From Priapulus caudatus (taxonomy: Eukaryota): a stretch of DNA of 29,251 nt. Location: assembly GCF_000485595.1 (NCBI RefSeq), contig NW_014577062.1, positions 850,027 through 879,277 on the forward strand. The letters are read 5' to 3'. The notes beneath the pieces were generated by a model that saw nothing but the letters and a program-made list of their open reading frames with translations, searched no databases and was not told where the DNA came from. Of the stretch, positions 1 to 11,477 are shown piece after piece. The stretch's first letter is position 1. Each line of letters opens with the position of its first letter. The position numbers and the translations under genes are program-made.

Positions 1-356
1 TAAACATTCAACGCGCCATGGCGGTGGACAATTTCAACATCATAAATTGGCATGTCTATTCAGTATATGCATATAATTATGTTAAGCACAATGGCGACTA
101 ACGATATCCACGAAATACTTGGTGGAATTAAAATAAATTCAAGAGACACATAGATGTTTTCACAAAAAACAGAAGTTCTCTGAATCAGCCATAAACTAGT
201 TTATATGTCATCCTGACACCTCATTATTGCACAGCATTAAAACAGAATGACGCTTGTGTACCTATCTACAGAAGATTTACAGTTAATAACAGTTTTCAGC
301 AATAAGATTGCGTGATGAAGTAGTGATACTGCCATAAGAATGGCTGTCTGGCCACT

Positions 357-357
<1 letters not shown>

Positions 358-398
<41 letters not shown>

Positions 399-432
399 TA
401 AATAGATATAGATATAGATATGCCATATATAT
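358..432. repeat. (TA)n / (TAGATA)n microsatellite
   Basis: Visible TA dinucleotide run grading into TAGATA units; similar runs near 1603-1640, 2066-2148 and 9827-9845. Confidence 0.9.
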
Positions 433-1241
433 CCATAATTCCTCAGGTCGCGTCTTACTGGAGTTGAGCAAAAGATTTTTTTACCAATTTTAACAAATTT
501 TTAACACATCTAACAAGAACAACCATATAAATGGATGGAGAAATTCAAACCCATTCCCACTAGAACAAATTCATATATGAAATATTGGAAGTTTTCCTGC
601 CACATAATGACCATTCCCTGCATGGTGGCACAGCTGAAAGCCAGCCAATTATTTCTATTGCAAAATGCGGTGATTTCACCAGCGCAAAACTATACGCGCA
701 TTTTCTAAATAAAGTTACTATTTTTTTATTATTTGCAACTACACAAACGACACACAGTCACTGATCCGTAGCTTCACAATTTACGTACACTTGCTGTGTG
801 CAAGGATCACTTCACGCACCACTTACTACTACAGGTGTGAAAACCCGCAGCAATCCGTGATATAAATATCGTCAAAAACGTATTTTCTGCTATTATAATA
901 CTAGTAGTAATAGAGTCCATCGACTTCAATGACAGTCGGGGAAAAAACATTTGGAAATGCAGCCAATTTATCGAGCTGTAATGACCAATTACACCACAGC
1001 AATAAGCAATGATGAGTTTGACGATGCAGTAATACCAAACCTGTCAAACCTGTTACTATAAGTCAAAGGGCAGTCTAGGGAATTTACTGTTTAATTGCGA
1101 ATTTTACAAATACGGAAACCATTTCAAATGATTCTGCATGGCAAAATACGAAGTCTGGATTGCTACATAGGTAGAGCTACTATGTTATAAGATTCTTAAT
1201 ATTCCTCTTCGTTATCCCAAACAAACAAAACGAGATAAATC

Positions 1242-1457
1242 CAGGGTTCTCCAAGCTTTTTCATTATAGCATGGGGGTGCTGCCTTTACGGTCATAGTTG
1301 CAAATCGCCGAAGGCGGTTTGCATGCTAGGGAGGTCCGGGGGCTATGATATTTAGCATGGCGGCTATGATATTTAGAGTGGCGGGTGCATTTTAGGATGG
1401 CGGGGCTCGACGATAGCCTGGCGGGCCGCCAGCTATAAGTGCTCTTGGAGAACCCTG
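1242..1457. mobile_element. Non-autonomous DNA transposon (hAT-like MITE)
   Basis: Perfect 14-bp TIR CAGGGTTCTCCAAG ... CTTGGAGAACCCTG; GC-rich interior with a repeated GGCTATGATATTTAG; no clean 8-bp TSD. Confidence 0.7.
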
Positions 1458-3049
1458 GAATCATATAACCTACCTAATAAATGCTAGACGAATATATATA
1501 ATGAGTGAAACTCATGCCATAGAGAAATAGGTCATATGGGCCAGTCATTGACCAGTAATTGCCACACGAGTTAGCCACATCCACATTTGGCTTCTGCTAT
1601 AATATTATATATAATCCATATATATATATATGTATATATACAGAGCGCGAAATTAGCACAGGCCCACCGGCATATGCCGGCAAATTATTTGGAGGGCCAG
1701 TAACATTGGCAAAACACTGGCCCTCCGAGCCGGTGGCTTCAGCCGTGTTAGCGAGTATCTTCATTGTTATTTATAGTAAATTTATAGCAAATTATAGTAA
1801 ATAGCCTACATTACTGTTTTACCTGAAAGTCATCACGCCATAATTTATCGACATTTTATACAAAGTTGAAATCGAGAATGCAAGCGTGAAACATGACATT
1901 GACAAAAACAACAGCAAGCAAAATTTGTGCGTGCTGGTAAATTATGGTGAGAGCTGGTAAAAAAAAACTGCTGGTACCAGCCCTCTGGGTCGGTGCAAAA
2001 AATCATCATGCCCTGTATATATATCAAGAGTCCATAATAGTCCATTTCTATTATGGAATCTTGATGTATATATATAGAGATATAGATATAGATATATATA
2101 TATATACACATATAATAAATTCCATATACATGTTCGATCATATATATACGCATTGTGTCATAACGCTGTCTGAACAGATGCTTTTACCTCAACATCGAGA
2201 ACGGTCATCTAATCTATAATATGACATGACCGCTTGTTCTACTTAATGCTAACATTAACAAGTGCCGCGAGCCGACAGCGCCTTCATCTACGTCACTGCG
2301 GTGACTCTGTGGTGCGAGTGCGTGGATTCTAGCTAACACCGTTAGTCCCAATGTGTTCACATACGCGCCAACAGTGGAAGGCACAGGGATGGTATCAGGA
2401 AGCCTTCTCAAAGGAATCGGTTCATTGGCAGATCGTTTATGAAAAGTTGTGCCACAGAGAAGCGCCGTACGTTTAAGTGTCTTAAGCATAAGATGGAAGC
2501 TTCCCATCATACGTGTAGCAACATATTAACCTGTAAACTAATTAACGCATCGGCAAAAAATACAGCAGTACGTTCACGCACACATGCACTGGCAGTGGCC
2601 ACTGGCAGTGGCATAAGCCTTATCATGTGAACAGCATGGAGCAGTACAGAATTGCCATAGAAATAGTTATACATCTTACAGGGAGCATAAACCGATCTGT
2701 CCAACCAAATTCTTAGCTTTTGAATTTCAATCACCTAGTCGACTGGTGTGACAGTTGTAGGCCTCATCACATCCAGGATGCATAGATTCTACTACGCAAA
2801 AGCCGGCATGTCAGAATTCTTTCACAGTAAACCAAATCCATGTTTAACCCTCTCTGACAGGTCAAAAGTTATCCGACCACTTACTCTTCGCATCTTTCTG
2901 CTCTTCTGTCAGCCAGCAAAGAGTACATTCATGGTCTTTCAATTAAGCATAAATGCTAGGTCACTGCTGAAACAAAAAAGTTTATATCAATCGCTTCCCG
3001 TCAGACCAGTGTCTCAGAAAATCGTCTTAAAATCTGCACCTGTGCCCCA

Positions 3050-3414
3050 CTATGACATTTGACCTGTGACCTCCAATTTCAGCACAGTGATGGCTTTTCC
3101 TACCATGATGCTATACACCGACTATCACTACCCTAGGGTGAGCCGTTTAGATTTGTGCCGCAATTCTGCATTTCCTCCCAATACCTTAAGTTAAGGAGGG
3201 AATTTTCCCCCTTCTTGTACACCTCTTGACCTTTGACCTTTGACCCCCAGCTTCGACATCCCAACTCGTCTTCAGATTACCCCCCCACGTCCCGAATATC
3301 GTGACCGTACGTCGAGCGGTTAAGATTTGTGCCCAACTGTTGACAGACGGACGGACGCACGCACGATCATGCGATTCTACAAGCTGCATCTGACTATGTC
3401 AGATGAGCTAAAAA
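3050..3414 (+). mobile_element. Helentron-associated (HINE/DINE-1/pearl-like) element, 3' part
   Basis: TGACCTTTGACC core motifs, (GACG/GACA)n microsatellite 3341-3366, stem-loop AGCT-CATCTGAC tat GTCAGATG-AGCT, then AAAAA. Confidence 0.65.
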
Positions 3415-4249
3415 CAAATGCAAGCATAAATACTTTTTACCTTTTAAGTAATGCATCAATCACATTTCTTCGAGCAGAGACAAATTTAATGTTTTACTAA
3501 TAAGCTCATGCATCATTGTTGAAGTGGATTTAGATGATGAGTCAAGTTACTTTTGAATTAGCCTGAAAGCCACGAACGATTGGACATTTTGTGATTGAAT
3601 TACAGAAAAAATTTCGAGGAGCCAGAAAAAACGTGATGCGGCCATGATGCCGAGGCACACCGAGGATTGACACTTTGTGTCTTCCAATCACAGCGTACGC
3701 CGCACCTCTCCGTTATAATTTCAAAGGTGGGGACCCATTGAGGTACGGAATCGCCGATCTCAAGAACTATGGCATTCTGCTAGGCTAGAACGGTTTCCTA
3801 GGATAGAGTTTGACACAAAAACGAAAATAACACGGTGTTTAGCGCACTGCGCTACGTCTTTCTGTTGCATTTTTGCATCTCCGTAATCAGGATAAGCCCC
3901 ACCTTCTTCGTTGATGGGCCTGAATGGGGCGTCACCGAGGTGACCGGTTCCTTTCCCCAGCCTGTTTACTTTTCGTAAATAATGAAATGCCTGGCCGATG
4001 CATTTCGCATCTAACAGGAAAATTTTCTGCATTTTCACTCGCTGTCGGAAGTGAACGAGTGCGTTATTCATTGAACAATTCAATAAAACACACACAATGT
4101 TCGGAGCTAATGTTTACATACATCTCTTGGATGTTTTATAAGTAAATATAGGGATTTTCAATAAAATAATGAGTTTTTATATGTATTTACCACGATTTAC
4201 GTATAGAAACTATATATTATTTTTACTGATTTCTCCGTAACTTTCCTTG

Positions 4250-4793
4250 GAGTTTTCATCGTCTTTCAATGCATTTCGGTAGGTTTTCTGCATGATTATT
4301 ATTTTGCGCAGGCCTCATTTTGGAAATCCTCCAACATTTTTACTTCTTCCTTAGTTAAGTTATACTTATAGTCCATCTTTCACTGTTATTTACTTAGGAA
4401 GGAAGGTAAAACTAACTGTGCATTCGTATAATTTCACTCTTGCTTCTATAGTATGATTTCCATAATTTTGCTCTTCTGCCCATGATAACATATTTCCCTC
4501 ATCATGAACCTACATTTTTCAGTTCGGACTCTTATCATATCGTTATAACCTCCTATATCATTAATTAAATCCCCTAGGCCTAGGTATGAATATTTGGTGC
4601 AATTTTTGATTACTTGGTTGCCTATTAATATCTCCTTCTCTATCCTTTCTTTGTTTGTGAATTTTATAACCATTGTATTTGTTTTGTTCATATTAAATTC
4701 TAATATTTTTGATTTAGCTAATCTGGAGAATGACTGAGCGATTTTTGTGACTGTTTTATAATCTCCAATTCCTACAATATCGTCAATATATAA
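4250..4793 (-). mobile_element. Degenerate non-LTR retrotransposon (LINE) reverse transcriptase fragment
   Basis: Minus frame 4793-4446 reads LYIDDIVGIG...EFNMNKTNTMVI...ILIGNQVIKNCTKYSYLG...IRVRTEKCR: YxDD catalytic motif (4790-4779) plus the NxxKT and YLG motifs; broken continuation (KMLEDFQNE) to about 4250. Confidence 0.8.
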
Positions 4794-5307
4794 TCATTGT
4801 CATCTTCTAAAACTACAGACCATCCGCTGCCCGCTGTGGAGACGTGCGCCGAGCCTCAAATTTAGCGCACGTCTCCACTGCGAACAGCGCTTCATACTTG
4901 AACATCCCCGCGGTCGCGTGCGCATATCCCGCGGAACTGCGCGTCTCATCCGCGTGCAGCGCTTAGGATCAACAGCAAAGCTGTGCCACGCAATCTTGTA
5001 TCATGTCTCTCTGGATTCAGTTTGAGCCTTTATGTATTAACCATTGTTGAACTATTTTTGCTTTATAGAAAAAATATTATCACAATGCCCAGATAAGCTG
5101 TCTGACACACTACAGTAATGATGGCAAATCGCTAAGATGAGATGGCAATGTCATCAAAGATGCACTACTTTTGCCACAAACATCCCAAAAATTATCAAAA
5201 CAACTGATGGGGGTGAAAACAGTTGAGCATCTATTGATTAAGTCAACCTTGATTTCTGATCGAACCGAGTAAAAAACAAAATAAAATAACACAACTCCCA
5301 TCTAAAG

Positions 5308-5549
5308 CAGAGGCGTAGCTAGGATTTTTTCAGCAGGGGGAGGGGGCACTGGGGGCCTTACATTTTCGTGGGGGGGAGGGGCACAATATATAACTTTTTT
5401 GTTGTATTATACTGTTCTAACGGCATTGTTTTTAATTCAATTTTTTTTTATCAAGAATGAATTTTCAGTGGGGGGGCACCTGGGGGGGGCACAGAAAATT
5501 GGTGGGGGGCACGTGCCCCCCCCCAGGCCCCCCCGTAGCTACGCTCCTG
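5308..5549. mobile_element. hAT-family MITE with intact TSD
   Basis: Imperfect TIR CAGAGGCGTAGCTA ... TAGCTACGCTCCTG; perfect 8-bp direct repeat ATCTAAAG at 5300-5307 and 5550-5557. Confidence 0.9.
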
Positions 5550-6826
5550 ATCTAAAGAAGGTCTAGCATAATTATTACAACTTAATACTTTTTACAGGGA
5601 TTCACTTATATAAGTTGCAATTGATAATGACGGTGAAATTAAGAGCATCAATTAATGCAGAACCTCTTTTGGGTTGCTTTGCTTTTATATTTGTTTATGA
5701 CACATAAAATGCCATCCAAATAAAATTATAATCTGCCGTACAATCAATTAATTCACCGCCTGCAATGGCTTTGAAGTTCACAAAAAGTTTACTTGCACTT
5801 CCCTTCCCATCCATCTATTCCGCCTCCTCCTACCCATACCTCTCCTCATATTCTCCCTCTCCCCAATGACTTCACCCTAGCTTTCCCATATCCCCCTTAC
5901 CTCCTCTGTCATTGTATATGATCAATATCAATATTAATTAAATATACATCAATATATACTTGTCAAAGTTATGAAGTAAAACAGCCTCATAAAGGAAAAG
6001 TCTCAAAAAAGGGGAAGACTCATCATTGTCACACATTAATTCACTGATTATTTGTAAAGTATAAGAATCTAATTACAATGTAATACAAATTATAAGCATG
6101 TGCTACAACCCAGTACACAATTTTTGTCATCACTTCACGATTGTACATGTGGATGCATGGGAAACAAATGGAAACTGTATGTGAATTGAGATGGTCATGG
6201 TACGTACATGTCAGTTTGTGAACAAAGTGGTCACCAGCTTTGGAAAGGACAGTCAGTCAAAGTAAGAAGTAAAATTGTAGAGACGTGGTTGTCAGAGTTT
6301 GAGGTTGAGATAAGAAAGGTTGTTATGTCCAGTCCAAAATTCCGTACAAAGTGGCCCAATAATGAAGAGACATACCAGGGTAGCAACTAAAGGCTGTGAC
6401 AATGTGACATGACAGAGGATCGGTATTCGTATTCCTCCAAGGTGCACTGGGAGCATATCAGCCAGTGACAGAATGTGTAGGAGGGAGGGTGGGAACCGAG
6501 AAAGCAAGGAGACATGCTGAGAGCAGATAGAAGAATAAGATGGGTGTGCAGGCAATGGGACACACTGCTGGCAGCATTCACATGAGAGGGATTGAGGAGA
6601 AAAATTAAGGCACACAACACCTAAGAGTTGAGATGGGAGCCAGCAGGTCCACAGAGATATGGCTGCTCCTACATAATTGTATATGAATAACATACACCTA
6701 ATAATGTCACACGATCATGTTATATGATAGAATGTATTTAAAAAATGTGGAATGGTCATCCGTTAAAGTCCGTGTTATTTGGGGTAATCATGTGTGGTTG
6801 ACAGTGAACATGCATGTTGCTGGGAA

Positions 6827-7210
6827 GGGGGGGGGGGCACTCACCCCCACATTATGGTAGATATGTGCTACTGCGAAGTCAAAAATGGGGCGCTCTGGCA
6901 CGAACTCAGACCTGAAAATGGGGGTCTCTGGAACTAATGTTTGTTGAATATGGGATGCTCTGGAACTGGCTATGTTCGAAAATGGGGGTCGAAAACAAAA
7001 ACAGCAGCAGCAGCTGACCATCCATCCATCCATATGTGCATGCGTTGCATGCATGCCTTCACGGCCCAGCTTCAACGTATTCTGAAGTACGATGCACTGG
7101 AACGGAAATGTTAAAAACTATGGTCTCCGGAACGGCAAAAATAACGGAAAATATGGGTCTCTCCTGCGGCACATACCTACCATGCAATATATATGGAGTG
7201 CTCCCCCCCA
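6827..7210. mobile_element. Non-autonomous TIR DNA transposon remnant
   Basis: Left GGGGGGGCACTC...ATGGTAGATATGTGC pairs with right GCACATACCTACCAT...GAGTGCTCCCCCCC; internal repeated AAAATGGGG(G)TCTCTGGAAC motif. Confidence 0.65.
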
Positions 7211-7319
7211 CGGGGTATGTTGTCAGGATTGTTATATGGGTGCACGGCGTGAAGGGTGCTGCATTAATGAATATATAGCTCCGACGTTTCGTAATATATA
7301 CCCAGGTTGCTAGGTTGCT

Positions 7320-7656
7320 CATCTAGATCACAGGTACTTGGAACGTCTCAATAAAAATAAAAAAAGTAAATAAACACGAAATGTATTTACACCGCACGCT
7401 AGCTGCTGCACACTGACACATAAATATATATATTATTTTTATAATTTATAAATAAATATATATTTATGTGTCAGTGTGCAGCAGCTAGCGTGCGGCGGCC
7501 AGCGTGTTTGCAGAGGAGCATTTGGACGGCATTTACAGGAAATTGTCGGCAATAATAGGTCAAGGAGAGTAGAGAAACATTAAGACTTTGGTAGTAAATA
7601 GATTTCGTATTTATTTATATTTTATTGAAACGCTCCAAGTGCCTGTCATCTAGATG
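7320..7656. repeat. Nested fold-back: imperfect ~70-bp outer inverted repeat enclosing a perfect 40-bp hairpin
   Basis: 7392-7431 is the exact reverse complement of 7456-7495; 7320-7390 is the imperfect reverse complement of 7594-7656. Confidence 0.85.
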
Positions 7657-7804
7657 ATTGATGAGGTGAGTCATCAATCATCAAGCCGCAAAACGCACAA
7701 CTTGTATTTGTAACGCCCTGGTATGCTAAAAATAACAACAACTACAAGACTGGGGTGTCTCTTAGCCTTTGAATTTTTTTCTCAATGTACCGGTATTTGC
7801 TTAC

Positions 7805-8257
7805 CTGATGCGGGCACGTCTTGCAGCAAGTCTTGTACAATGCTTCGAAAGAAAATATTTTAATGATAAAAGAAATTAGCGTTGATGTTGACGTCGTAAC
7901 AAATGAGCATCACTATATCACCATCAGTTGATAGATGGGTATAGACCATAGACTGATAGACGGGTTACAAGTCTTTTTAATACGGTATCTTTCACAGCCG
8001 TGAGGAATTAAGGTGTCCGACTGTGGGCGGTTCAATTTATAGAAGATTGCTGATTTTTGCGAGTTTGCAAGATGCCCGGTTAATTTTCTTACGTACATGC
8101 GTATCGTACGTGTCCAATTCTAATATAATTTTGAGGTGATCGAGCTCCTCAGCTGTGCGACAACATGTAAACGTCGAAGGCAGGGCAACTCAAGCGTTGA
8201 ATCGTCTAGTAGTAGTAGGCGTGTAATGCGTCCTAAATTTGTGTGCCGTCGACTGAC
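7805..8257. promoter_or_regulatory. Probable (possibly bidirectional) promoter / 5' UTR upstream of TMEM60
   Basis: CpG-enriched; TGACGTC at 7889-7895, GC box GGGCGG at 8025-8030; consensus minus-strand donor CAG|GTAAGC at 7805/7804 suggests a divergent first exon. Confidence 0.4.
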
Positions 8258-8653
8258 ATGATGGCGATGGTCCCAAGAGCATTGTTTACATCGTTTATGT
8301 TGCTAGTCTTTTTGATTCTACTGGCTCTGCGGCTGGATGAAAAAACCAACTGGAACTGGTTTATCGTGTTCATCCCCATGTGGATTTTTGACTGCTTTAT
8401 ACTTATATACATTGTGTTTGAAATGATAGCGCACTGCAAAAATGGAATCTTTAGAAATGAACCCAGTATGGTGCGCAAATCAGGATATCTTGCCTGCGTT
8501 TTTTTGAAGCTAGTTTTCCAAGTATTGCTGTGTGGGCGGCTAGAGTATTTTAAACAACTATCATATTTTTACGTAGCCATCCCTTTCTGGCTTGTAATGT
8601 CCATTGCAATCGTAGATCTGATTGTGTCATTGCATCACCTAGCGAGAGCTTGA
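8258..8653 (+). CDS. TMEM60: Transmembrane protein 60, single coding exon (~131 aa)
   Basis: LRLDEKTNWNWFIVFIPMWIFD...AHCKNG...LKLVFQVLLCGRLE...VAIPFW closely matches human TMEM60 as recalled (LKLDEKAPWNWFLIFIPVWIFD...LCAKLE...VFIPLW); 4 hydrophobic segments; first ATG 8258 (8261 or 8267 possible). Confidence 0.93.
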   Translation: MMAMVPRALFTSFMLLVFLILLALRLDEKTNWNWFIVFIPMWIFDCFILIYIVFEMIAHCKNGIFRNEPSMVRKSGYLACVFLKLVFQVLLCGRLEYFKQLSYFYVAIPFWLVMSIAIVDLIVSLHHLARA

Positions 8654-8777
8654 TTCTGATTCGGGAGGAAACAAGATAGAATATTCGCCAAATTTGTTTG
8701 TCAGTTATAAACAGAACATTTAGAAAACAAGGAGTTACAAACGAGACAAGTGACAATCAGAAAGGCGATTTGATAAA

Positions 8778-9015
8778 ATGAAGTTGTCCGCCTATAGTGA
8801 AATCATCAGTGCAGCTGAGAAGCAAAACTATAACAGAAACTGTGTGCAGTACCTTTCTGGAATCTACCCATCTATATCCAATGAGACTTTATACAGCATT
8901 GTGTCTCAGGCATACCAGCGATATACAAAGAAGTCCTATCCACAACATCATTCCTCGGCAGCAGTTGAAGCGTACTACAATGCCTACAGTGAGGCAGCAG
9001 GAACTGAACCGCCAG
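8778..9015 (+). CDS. CDIN1: CDAN1-interacting nuclease 1 (C15orf41), exon 1
   Basis: YSEII...YPSISNETLYSIVSQAYQR..KKSYPQHHSSAAVEAYY matches the C15orf41 N-terminus; donor CAG|GTTTG at 9015/9016, phase 1. Confidence 0.88.
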
Positions 9016-9072
9016 GTTTGCCAATGTTAGCCGTTTTACACCAAGCTGGGATTTTTGGCAGGTCTCACTTTG

Positions 9073-9683
9073 GCTGATAGGGTCTATGTCCCCCAGGGTA
9101 CTATCGGAGGGTACCCTGGGTACGGTTCGATATATCGGAAATTACCTAGGGGGTACTATACGATATGTCGCTGCGTACCCTGCATTGTCCCACCGTACCC
9201 TGATTTTCAGCCAACTGATGTCGTAATACACTCTGTCAAGTTACTACATCACATAGAAGAAACCTCAAAACATTGCAATCCAATAAAAATGTTTATGCTA
9301 TGTTTGACTATATTTTTTCTTTTTCCTTTTGCATATATTCATATTTTCATTTTCATATTCATTTTCATATATTTCAAATATTCATGATGTGAGAGAAATC
9401 TTTCCAAATGTACACCACCAACGGGCACAACAGTGCTATCACCCTGCATGTTGCATAATTACACGGTGATACATACAATTTCCAGAAGAAGTGCGAATAC
9501 TGAAACGAATATTTTGCGGAAACGGACCGGAAACAAGGAACAGGAGCATAAAGTCAGGATACAGTGGGACAATGCAGGGTACGCAGCGAAATATCGTATA
9601 GTACCCCGAGGTACTTTCCGATATATCGAACCGTACCCAGGTTACCCTTCGATAGTACCCTGGGGGACATAGACCCTATCAGC
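9073..9683. mobile_element. Mutator-like (MULE) non-autonomous element in CDIN1 intron 1
   Basis: ~135-bp near-perfect TIRs (9073-~9207 vs ~9549-9683), G...C termini, 9-bp TSD CTCACTTTG at 9064-9072 and 9684-9692. Confidence 0.88.
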
Positions 9684-9921
9684 CTCACTTTGGCACACAT
9701 ATAACTCCTGTGATTATCTACCTGTCAATAAATCTAAAAACAACATTAACAAGCATGGTATTGGTTTCCATGTTATTTGGAGAAAAATTCTTATACCAAA
9801 GGTTGTGAAATCACACTTAAACTGGATATATATATATATATATATTATAATAATTGAATACATGTTAAGATTCAATGTGCCTGCTTATTGCTAACGTGAT
9901 AATATATGAAATTGTTTGCAG

Positions 9922-10076
9922 GTTTTCTTATAACACAGGCAGACAAGTTAAACGTGTCACCTGTTGTGCTGGCTCGGATCATCCTTGAGAAACACTGCAC
10001 AGATGCTGATGGAAAGCCTCCGTCTCGCAGTATGCTATCACAGATGATGAAGGACACCGCAACCATAGATGATCCT
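9922..10076 (+). CDS. CDIN1: CDIN1 exon 2
   Basis: TTTGCAG acceptor; GFLITQADKLNVSPVVLARIILEKHC...PPSRSMLSQMMKDTATIDDP (human MARLILERFL...PPSKSIINSMLRDP); donor CCT|GTAAGC; phases fit exons 1 and 3. Confidence 0.9.
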
Positions 10077-10139
10077 GTAAGCTATGCTCATCCTGATGCT
10101 TTCTGCCAAAGGCCCCAGAGGTCGAGCTGTTAGTCGTTT

Positions 10140-10493
10140 GGGCCCCAATTAAAAAAATCTTTGTTTGCTCTCACCCGACCCAGGCTGAAAAGTTTGGATA
10201 GGTAGGTAGGCATTTTTTTGAAGGGGTCTTTTTACAAATTCAGCATGCTCTGGCATGTGTATACGTGCTCGGGTGTGATTGTGTGGTCTGGAGATATCTT
10301 TTATGCTGAATGTTTCTTTTGCTTGGTACATATAATGTATTGCCTACAGGATTTATATAATGTACAGTGAAACAAAATTTTATACAATTTGTAAAAAGAA
10401 AACGAAAAAAAGACCAATAAAATTTTTTGAGTCGGCCCCATTTTGGCGGGTCGGTCGGGTGAGGGCAAACAAACAATATTTTTATTATGGCCT
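10140..10493. mobile_element. TIR MITE in CDIN1 intron 2 (superfamily unassigned)
   Basis: GGCC..AAAAAAATCTTTGTTTGCTCTCACCCGACC pairs with GGTCGGGTGAGGGCAAACAAACAATATTTTTATTATGGCC. Confidence 0.75.
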
Positions 10494-10983
10494 TGTGTGC
10501 TGTAGGAATAGGCCTATGGGTGGTTTCATGGTATTTTGTTAGAAGACAAACACTAGCTTATAGGGCATGTTCCTGTTGTAATAGTAATACATCTGCTAGC
10601 TATTGCAAAAAAGAATGATGAAATGTTGACAAGTTTTATTGCCAAAGTCACACATATGGTTTGAAATAAACTTTTTTGCCAGGCAGTAAGTACTTGCTGC
10701 AGAGAAAAAACAGGCAGTGAACTTACTTGCCCAAGCAGAAAGATGAGAAAACCATAGAAGTACCACTTTCTCCCAACCCAACAGTACTGTCCTATTGCCT
10801 CCGTCTATAAGGATGCTGGGTTGGCCTCCCACCCCATGTTTTCCCTGATTTGATCATTCTGAATATAGGTAAAACTATAGAGTAATAAAGTTTGGGGTGC
10901 TTGCCATCATGTTTTGTTCAATCATGGTTTCAGAATAATTTTCCTGGATAATTCTTATCCCTGATCATGTTTCATCATTGCAG

Positions 10984-11103
10984 ATACTTGCAGACGAAGT
11001 CCAACTTTGTGTATTGGAGGATGCTCATTATGGTCCTGTAGTTGATAGCATCAGGAGGTCTATAGGATATGAGTATGAGTATAAGCTACAAGAAATACTT
11101 ACG
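10984..11103 (+). CDS. CDIN1: CDIN1 exon 3 (not in ORF track)
   Basis: TTGCAG acceptor; ILADEVQLCVLEDAHYGPVVDSIRRSIGYEYEYKLQEILT (human [31 protein letters not shown]); 120 nt, donor ACG|GTATGT. Confidence 0.9.
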
Positions 11104-11477
11104 GTATGTACCATATCGTAATAGATAGACATCCACTAGTGTATTTGGACATCCTTTGAGCAACCTGCTGCAAATTTTACTATCTCTATGATGATGAGAA
11201 AAGCAGATAAAAACAACATATATACAGGGATGAGAATCTTCGTGGATTTCACAGTCCCAGGGTCGATTTTGTGACACGTCTAAATCCGTTGAGAGAAAAT
11301 TTTAGGGGGGGTTAGAATGTACAAATTTTCAGTTTACAGTCCAACAGTACCTTCATTTAATAACATTGTAATATAGTTTTCTTTACAATATAGACACGGC
11401 TTAGTTCACTGTTTGAGATTGTCAGACGTTGGCCAGTGTGTGCGTTTATTTGACGCTGTAACTGTGTGTGTATGTGT

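Noticed and set aside
1641..2015. Possible hAT-like element between TA runs (CAGAG...CCCTG)
   Set aside because: Termini match only weakly and no TSD can be defined inside microsatellites.
9055..9672. ORFs 9055-9387 and 9433-9672
   Set aside because: Lie in the TIRs and AT-rich interior of the MULE-like element; no transposase similarity.
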